Shown here piece after piece: positions 56,014 through 64,000 of a stretch of DNA of 64,000 bases (position 1 is the stretch's first letter; each line of letters opens with the position of its first letter). The translations under genes and the position numbers were made by a program. Below the pieces are notes generated by a model. That model saw only the letters and a program-made list of their open reading frames with translations, did not search any database and was not told where the DNA came from. This DNA comes from Chrysomallon squamiferum (taxonomy: Eukaryota; Animalia; Mollusca), in NCBI GenBank assembly GCA_012295275.1, contig CM022677.1, positions 6,882,001-6,946,000 of the forward strand. Direction: 5' to 3'.

Positions 56014-58128
56014 TGAGCAACAAAGGAAAACGGTTACTAAACAAGGAAGAAGTAACACGTTTGTGGGCTATAGCAAAGTCTAAAGCTCTTAGCATATTAC
56101 AAAGTCTAAAGCTCTTAGCATATTACAAAGTCTAAATGTGCCTAGGGATAAAGCTGAAGAAAAGTGGTTACAAATTCGATGTCGATATCCAAATCTACAA
56201 ATACCTACTAAAGATTTCTATTCAGCAATACATAATATTCGGAACGAATATAACGATACTTAGGATTCGGACGAAGAAGACCCTTTTAATTTGCCTCTAT
56301 ACTCGGAAGAAGAACAAGAACCAAACAAAATAATGGACGCAGACAAAAGAAAATGTACAAAAGAAGACTTTTGTCCATCTAAAAAGCAACGAAAAGATAA
56401 TCCAGTTATCTACAACTGTATCAGATGATGTCGTTGGAAATAGTAACGCTAAAGGAACTTATTTACAACCAAATGAATCTGTTACGGATGCAGATTCTGT
56501 TTCTGGTAACGAAGTAACAGATACTGGTGGTACTGAAGCTGTTCAAGGAGCACCAATGGCATCTGCAACTGGAAACAATGTACTTTATCAAGGGTTTGGA
56601 GGAACTACTAGAGGTACAGATCCTAGATACATCAAAGTAACAAAGACATTTAAGAGAACATTTACTAGTGCTATTAATTTTGATATGCATACCAAAGCTA
56701 AGATGACAGTTCTTAATTCAACTAATCTTGGGTGGACAAATGCTATAGGTGATCCATCCGCTTGTGAGTTAGTTTTTAATCATGGTGGTCATATTATACC
56801 TTATTGGTATAAACAAGCCAGTACACGACCAGAAGACTGGAATTTACCAGATGAGTTTGTAGGATATAAGATCAAGAGATTCGGATTTAATATAAATAAC
56901 ATGACAATCCATGTTTTAAATAATAATAAAGCTGATTCCAATGAAGTTCCTATCATGGCTCCTCCTAATGCCCGAGTATGGACATTTACAGATTTACATA
57001 ATGATTAAGGAATACCTCATACAGCTGATAACAGCAAAAGTCATAATGATTTATTCAGAGATGAAGAGTGTATGGATCAAACATCGAATAGAGTGATACC
57101 TAAACAGCCTGACAGATACATGTATCTAACAGGTGATGTCGGTATGCAATTGCTAAATAATGGTTGGACCAAAGTAACTGATAATACTTTTAAAGCTATT
57201 GAACCTAATTACATCTATAACATTAAGAAACTTGATGGTTATAGAGAAACAGTTATAAGTGCAGGTGGCTTTGCTCTTGATTATACTTGTAAAGATTCTC
57301 CGTTGGTATTATTTCCTGGAGAGACTAGTCATATGTTGGCATTTACTCATGTCACAGGAAAGGTTAAAAAAGGCAATTATCAGTGATGAAAGTTCAAAAA
57401 CATTGGAAGTATGGCCCACTCACGAGTTAACTGTAACTGATGTTGCACTTCATCCTTATGCAAAAGTAATGACTACATACTTTAATCATCAATATAGAAA
57501 TGTAGACTATAAAGCGTGTTTTCAAAATGCTGCAGGTGAACAATTGGGTGCACCTGCTATGGCAAGTGATCCTTCGAATAAACTTGCTAAAAAAGGAGTA
57601 ACCGCAAATGACATTAGTGCTCATAATTATAATACAGAAACGGATGGTTCTCACAGAAGAACTTTTCAATGTAACAGACCACCTATGTTTCTCATTGGTA
57701 TATATCCAGACGTAGAAAAGACTACTAGTGGCAACACCTTATTTTTTAATTATCATGCTAATCTACATATTACATATTACAGTGAAGTAGAGTTCATAGT
57801 AAGAACAGGATTCTGTCCTAAGTATATTGCTATAGGACTAGGTGGTTGTCCAGGTCCCATGAGAGGTCTGTATATATATGGTAAGGATGTAGCCAGAAAT
57901 AAAGATGTCGTTAAACATACTGAACAAGGTCAATTCTTAAGTGAAAATGCACAACAATATGTCGAACGAATACGTAAAACATGGGAAATGAGAATTGCTG
58001 CTCCTATATGGGACAATTCGAATCAAAGAAAGTCGAGGCGACGAGTTGTCTGGCCATTACATGGAACATACGGAGACAGAACGGTTCCAATTAAAGAAAA
58101 CGAAACCGATTATTCTTATCCTATTTAA
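56013..58128 (+). pseudogene. Parvovirus-like capsid (VP) gene, copy 2; full span but disrupted
   Basis: Starts MSNKGKRLLNKEEVTRLWAIAK (copy 1: MNKGKRILNKKDITRLWAIAK). STRPEDWNLPDEFVGYKIKRFGFNINNMTI resembles the parvoviral alphaA-betaD signature (SP.DWQ...F+PK.L.F.+.NI). Lesions include a 26-bp tandem duplication at 56075-56126, a stop at 57006 and a frameshift near 57380. Confidence 0.8.
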
Positions 58129-58239
58129 ATAATTATTCATTGTTCATATTAGTTAATTAATTACTTATCGTTAATTACTATTTTAAAAGAACTATTTGTT
58201 ATTACGCTGTGTAAGAACACAGTGAAAAGTCTGTTGTGT

Positions 58240-58395
58240 TATAGATCACGTAACATCTCGTTACGTCATATCAATGACGCCATGTAAATATTGGTATAAA
58301 TAAAACTGACATTCAAAAATATTTTTGTCGTTTGTCATTAATTGACTTGCTACACGTTAAAAGAAGCATAGTTATAATCCAGCACCACTATGGAG
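58240..58395 (+). promoter_or_regulatory. Putative NS promoter
   Basis: ATF/CRE-like TCACGTAA, TTACGTCA (58261) and TGACGCCA; TATAAA at 58295; Kozak-like ACTATGG at 58390. Confidence 0.6.
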
Positions 58396-60482
58396 AAATA
58401 TATTGAAGACGCTACTAATACTTCTGAATATTACTCAATTATATTGGGACATAAAGAGTACGACTTGGTGCATCCCAACTATCTGGTTCCAAGATGCCTT
58501 GCGAAAGATAAGAACGGAAAATATGTTTACGCCATAGGAAAGAATTATATCAAGAGTTTCGTCATGGACGACCAAGACATTCTAGACAAGTGCGTGGACC
58601 ATTGGTCGACTCCGCAATCGGAGTTCATGATGAGAGGTCAGGATAGAGTGATAACTGAACTTAAAAACATGTTAAGGAATAAAAACTGGAAGATGCTGTT
58701 AGTGTACCATGATAAATAGTGTGATATGGACTCCAACATACCTACAAATGGAAGTCATGTCCATATCATATGGAAAACAACGATGACACATCCAAGTCAA
58801 GATCATCAATATAGACGTTTACACCGAGCTGTTCTGGCTGAAAAAGGGTATATAAAGTTAAGGAAGTTACGTCAGCCATACAAATACTCTGTATCTGAAT
58901 TCATGAACTACTTAATAAGAGATGATGAGAAAATGTTTTTAGGAAAAAATTGTCCGGACATGCTCAATAAATGGAATCTATTACTGGATCAAGAAAAAAA
59001 CTGGCTAAAAGATGATTATAATGAAAATACTGTATTCAAAGACACGTCTATCAACGAAGATATAAAGACATTTGAAGTTAAGCCTCCCAAGAAAAAAATG
59101 ACGGTTCAGGAATTTTTAAATGAACACAATGACGTGTTACAACATGGACAAGGAATGACAGTAAAGGAGATAAATCAAGAAACAAAGAACATTATAGACA
59201 TTGATGATGATATTCCAACTAACAAGCCTGAAAAGATTCCAAGTCACCTCATGTCTACCAAATCAGCAGACACATTTGACTTTTTTTACAAATTGGTTCA
59301 AAAGTATCCAGATGTGAATAAACTCAATATGCTCATAAGCAAATTCGATACATCGAGCAATGAATTTAAAGCTCTTTGTAATGCTGTTGCCAACATATCT
59401 GGAGAAAAAATATTTAAAGCAGCAAGAACCAAATACCTAATGGAACAAGCAGACAAAAGTGCCTACGATCAGATAAAAGCTCTCGACGATAACCTAGAAA
59501 ATTATATGACATCAGAAGATTCTTTGAAACTATTTAACAGTTGGTGCCAGGAACACGAGATACCAGAGCGATGGTTCTATGTACTAATGAATATCCTTTT
59601 GAAAGGCAAAGGCAAAAAGAAAATTGGAATCTATTTACAAGGCGAGAGCGATTCCGGCAAGACAATGTTGTCGTCGAGTTTGTTTGAACCTTTGACATGT
59701 TCCGGTAAAATAGCGAAAGACAATTTTCCATGGCAGATGCTGGGTGACAAAAAATTGTTATTGGAGAAGAAATCGCTATTACCCAAGTAAACATAGACAA
59801 ATACAAAGATCTTCTCAGTGGCAGTAAGGCAACATGCGAGCCGAAGGGAACGACACCGGTGTATTGCAAAGCAAGCTTATGTATTTTAAACAGCAACATT
59901 CCTTTTGGACAGAACATTACATCAACTCAAATGAGTATTATGAAAACTAGATTGTACTTCATCGAGCACTTGAAGAAAAGCAATACACTAAAACGAGCTA
60001 AATTATTCACCTTGTGCGAAGATCCATCCGAAGACGAAATAATGGTTGCGATTGAAAACAATAAACAATTCTTTAACGATAAACTCAATCCACTACAAAA
60101 CGACAAGACAGTTCAAGCTAAGTATAGTTACTTCCATGACTCTTTTGACAACGAATCACAAGAATCACGTGGAGTAAAGAGGCAATACGATAACATCGAA
60201 GCCTATATAGAAAATGAAGAGAAAGATCTCAATCAGAATGAAGACATCATCAATGAATCTCCAAAGAAGAAACGAAAAATTCTGAAAGCAAAACGATCAG
60301 ACTGTGATACGATAAGTGGTAACACGTCAGATGAACATTCTCAAGATCTGTTTATAGCATCTGAAGATGACAACAACCCTGCTGATAATACAATTCCAGA
60401 AGCGTATATGAATAATAACCAAGCTTTGGACATTGATATCGAAGACATTATTCCGCCATCGCAAATTAATTATAGTGTTTGA
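58390..60482 (+). pseudogene. NS1: NS1/Rep-like protein (HUH endonuclease + SF3 helicase), with one in-frame stop and one frameshift
   Basis: HUH motif GSHVHIIW (58756-58764), catalytic-Tyr-like FMNYL and Walker A GIYLQGESDSGKT (GESDSGKT at 59641-59664). After correcting the A-run at 59749-59754, Walker B IVIGEE, B' YKDLLSG...CEPKG and motif C CILNSN follow. The tail is acidic and carries an NLS-like PKKKRK. The TAG at 58717 is in frame with the downstream ORF. Confidence 0.92.
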
Positions 60483-60697
60483 CATTTAAATGAATATTAT
60501 ATCATAAACAAATGATATCATTGATGCTGTTTAAAATGTTAATCATAGTTACATTGTTACGTTAGTAAAAGTTAAATAATTAAATTTACTTAGTTTGTCA
60601 TATGTTTATATTAATTTTATATATAAATACAATGAAAAATAACATTATTAATAAATTAAAAAAATGAAGTCGCTGAAAATTATGACCTGATATATTT

Positions 60698-61119
60698 CAA
60701 CTCTACTCTTGTTATTGTAAAAAAAAAAACAAAGTTTAACTCATATTGGCTTTTGGCTTTTTGGCTTTTTAACCAAATGTACTTTTAACTTATGATCCTG
60801 CGGGTTTTGGCTTCGCCCGAAGGAACATTATCACCTTCGGGTCAAAAGTACATTTGGTTAAAAAGCCAAAAGCCAAAAGCCAATCATGGGGAACTTTTTT
60901 TTTTTTTTACAATAACAAGAGTTTAGTTGTCAACCTAACTCTTGTGATTTGCAAAGATCCTCATTACTGGCTGTTGGCTTTTTGACCAAATGTACTTTAA
61001 CTTATGCTCCTTCGGGTGAAGCCTAAGCACCTTCGGGTTAAAAGTACTTTTGGTCAAAAAGCCAAAAGCCAGTAATGAAGATCTTTGTTTGTTTTACAAA
61101 TCACAAGAGTTAGGTTGAC
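60698..61119. repeat. Palindromic hairpin block 2: two tandem hairpins (60698-60929 and 60929-61119)
   Basis: Each has ~80-90-nt inverted arms CAAC..ACTCTTGT.ATT...(TGGCTTT)2-3..ACCAAATGTACTTT(T)AAC and a GC-rich loop containing CCTTCGGG and/or CCCGAAGG. Confidence 0.93.
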
Positions 61120-61258
61120 TATATATCACGTCTTGTCTTTCACTCCCCCCACCCTATATACTTTTTTTTATATTTTGAGATGACGTTATGTCAGTTATGT
61201 CACGTGACTATGCAGCTTCGGGTGTTAAAGTACATTTGGTAAAAAAGCCAAAAGCCAG
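61120..61258. other. Promoter-like spacer plus a further partial hairpin arm
   Basis: Palindrome GTCACGTGAC (~61199-61208), ATGACGT and TATA-like motifs, then CTTCGGGTGTTAAAGTACATTTGGTAAAAAAGCCAAAAGCCAG. Confidence 0.55.
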
Positions 61259-61564
61259 TCTGTTCAACTCTGTTATTTAAATAGGTCAGCTGATTCCATT
61301 TTATGTTTTAACGATGTTTTATAGGGTACATTTTTACCAGAACTCTTGGTATTTATTTATTTTAAGTTTTGATTAGATTATTAAGTACAGTATTCTTTCA
61401 AAACAAAATTATTTAAAAATATAAAATTAAATTTAAAAAAAAAAGTATCTCCCTTAAACCAAACATTTTTTAATACGAAGTCTGTACTTTTATTTTAAGT
61501 CAGTAATAAAGGATTTCTGACACTAAATCATTTTAAAAAAGTAACTTCTTTTACCACAGACTTG

Positions 61565-63540
61565 CCTGTACTTGGTGCTGTGTCTGGTGCAAACATTCAG
61601 TATACTGAATACATTTGATCACATCTTTCATGAACAACATTGTAACTTTGAATCTAAATTCAGTATCACAATATTATAAATTCTTCAATAAGAACAGTCC
61701 ATGATTCACACAAGTAATGTTTTTAAAATGTTATTTTATCCAGTTATTCAGTTCTTTATATTTACTGTGGAGATGTTTTATCTTCTGTTTACTTAGTTCA
61801 GTACAGTCAGAAAACCTGAAGAACTTGGAGGCAAACTTGTCAAGTCATTTAGATTCAGTGGACATCAGTTCTTGTTAATAGCTTTCTGTGGTGACTGAAA
61901 CATAAAATATTACATTCAAACATTTTAACAAGACCCACTATAATTTTATATTTTATCATTTGAATCTGAAGAAATGTTTTCAACCAATAATAAGTACAGT
62001 TAATTTAACTGAAATAAAATAAAGTTTAATTATATTTATTTAAACAGTCTTGTTGGACCTCTATTTTTCATTGTATATATATATATATATTTTCTTTCTT
62101 AAAGCAGTAACTTCCATTTTACTTTTAATTAAGTACATAAATTAATATATTTTATAAAAATTGACAACAAGTAAGATCAGTAATCTTTATGTGTTAATTT
62201 TTGAACATACATTTTCTAAAGTACAGTCCTTTTCTCCCAACTGCTGTATCAATGTCACATTTTGTCTTTTTCTTTGCATCTACAGATACCATTATTTAAA
62301 AAAAGAAAATTATATATAATAATAATATTAAAATATTCTCATATGACATTAAATGATTTATATTTTACAGTTTATAAAGTCTAGTTGTAAACTGAATTAC
62401 CTGTCCATTATACTCAGCATTTGATTAGAAAACATTGAACTCATATGAGTTTCTGAGTTTGTACAAATTTCTTTTAACACCACAAACTGGAGAAGTGATT
62501 CTTCTTCACTGAATTGTACTACAAGCCTGGTCAAGTGGTCATCCTTGGCCTGATAGAACTTTTTCTGGTCAGCAAGGGCTTGTTTATCCTGTAAAAATAA
62601 TAAACAAAACTTATCACTGATAAATAAAATTGATTTACTTAAAAACTATAACATTTATCATTGGAAAGGATAGCAAATTATTATTTAAAAGTTACCTGAA
62701 GTATTAAAAATTACAACTGATTTAGTCATAATAAATACATTTTACATCATCATTAAGACATCTCTTGAAAATTATCTGCTTGTCTGTTATTTTTTTTTAA
62801 AATACAGAAGTTTATAATTTTTAGTGTTCATAATCAGCAAGTTTCTTCAGTTTTGTGGCAAACATTATAATTAACAAGATTGTTCACCATAAATAAACAA
62901 AATAATATTTTGGAGGGACACAAAAGGAATTTACTTTATTTATCATGATACTTTTTTCTTGGATTTTAATAAAGAGTCCACTTTGCTTTTATCTTTTTTT
63001 AATCTTTTTTTTGCTAATTTCCAAAACATGGGTTATTGTACATAAGATTTTTGTTAATAATAACTTTTGTGTTTTACTTTCTTATGCAATATTAGTTTAA
63101 TTATATCTTTGAAACCTATAAAAAACAGCAGTTTCAAACCTTTGATCTGTAGAGAACATTCTACTCAGACAACATGGAGACAATGTGAGAATTCTGTCAC
63201 GTGAACTGACATGATCAACATCGTGGACAACATGGACTGCAGTGGAAGTTCAGTCATCTGTAAATATAACATAGAAGTATATTAAAACTTATAACATACA
63301 TATATATGATTAATAGTTTGTTAATTTTTTAATATACTAGTATTTTAATTGATGAAATGTTTTAATTACAACTAGTTTTAATAAATAAGAATCTGAAATG
63401 ATCCCAGAGCTCACTCTATCCTTGAAACATTACCGTTTCCCATTCCACACTCAGCTCCATTAATAATTTATCTTGTATTGTGTCTGTGCCGGTCTTAAAC
63501 CACCATTAATTTCTCACAGGATTTTGGAATAATGTTTTAA
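61565..63540 (-). pseudogene. Exon-like blocks of a minus-strand host gene, probably decayed
   Basis: 62401-62588 is an open 188-nt block between TTTTACAG and GTAAT (DKQALADQKKFYQAKDDHLTRLVVQFSEEE...). Neighbouring splice-bounded blocks at ~61567-61895 and ~63140-63257 contain stops. Confidence 0.35.
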
Positions 63541-63613
63541 AGAAATAAAACATTTTATAAATTGTTAAATTCTAAATGAAAATTAGGATTATGTGAAATA
63601 CACAGATTTTATT

Positions 63614-63813
63614 NNNNNNNNNNNNNNNNNNNNNNNNNNNNNNNNNNNNNNNNNNNNNNNNNNNNNNNNNNNNNNNNNNNNNNNNNNNNNNNNNNNNNNN
63701 NNNNNNNNNNNNNNNNNNNNNNNNNNNNNNNNNNNNNNNNNNNNNNNNNNNNNNNNNNNNNNNNNNNNNNNNNNNNNNNNNNNNNNNNNNNNNNNNNNNN
63801 NNNNNNNNNNNNN
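63614..63813. other. Assembly gap (200 N), followed by a GA-rich repeat
   Basis: Run of N. Confidence 1.
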
Positions 63814-64000
63814 GAGACAGAGAAGAAGAAGAGACAGAGAGAGAGAAGAGAGAGAGAGAGAGAGAAAGGGAGAAAGACTGAGAGACAGAGAGCAGAAGAT
63901 ACTTGAGAGAGAGAGAGACAAAGAGACCGATAGAGACAGTTAGAGAGAGAGACAGAGAGAAAAAGAGAGAGAAAGAGAGACAGAGACAGAGAGAGAGAGA

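Larger units (their letters stand above)
53280..61260 (+). mobile_element. Endogenous parvovirus/densovirus-like element (capsid copy 1 - hairpins - capsid copy 2 - NS1 - hairpins)
   Basis: Intronless, ORF-dense island with an HUH+SF3 replication protein, parvovirus-type capsid motifs and long palindromes. Confidence 0.88.

Noticed and set aside
60816-60841. CCCGAAGG-AACATTATCA-CCTTCGGG as a CRESS-virus nonanucleotide origin
   Set aside because: The loop does not match NANTATTAC on either strand and differs in the other copy (AACGCGATCA).
63589-63943. ORFs spanning the N run
   Set aside because: Artefacts of the assembly gap and GA repeat.

Overview
AT-rich, microsatellite-dense animal genomic DNA; the 5S sequence suggests an invertebrate, plausibly a mollusc. 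Most short ORFs in the track are simple-repeat artefacts. The first ~52 kb holds decayed mobile elements: a probable solo LTR, a LINE RT fragment, Gypsy and GalEa-like Copia relics, and a Mutator-like transposase fragment. It also holds an internally deleted 5S rRNA copy in shuffled spacer modules, a dispersed ~138-bp repeat, and exon-like blocks of decayed minus-strand gene(s). The stand-out feature is an endogenous parvovirus/densovirus-like locus at ~53.3-61.3 kb. It contains two divergent capsid cassettes, each a small acidic ORF overlapping the capsid start codon, and an HUH-endonuclease/SF3-helicase NS1 gene placed downstream of the capsid on the same strand, the reverse of the usual monosense order. 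Clusters of ~190-230-nt related palindromes with TGGCTT repeats lie between the two capsid copies and after NS1. All family assignments come from motifs recognised by eye; no database search was run, and many boundaries are approximate.
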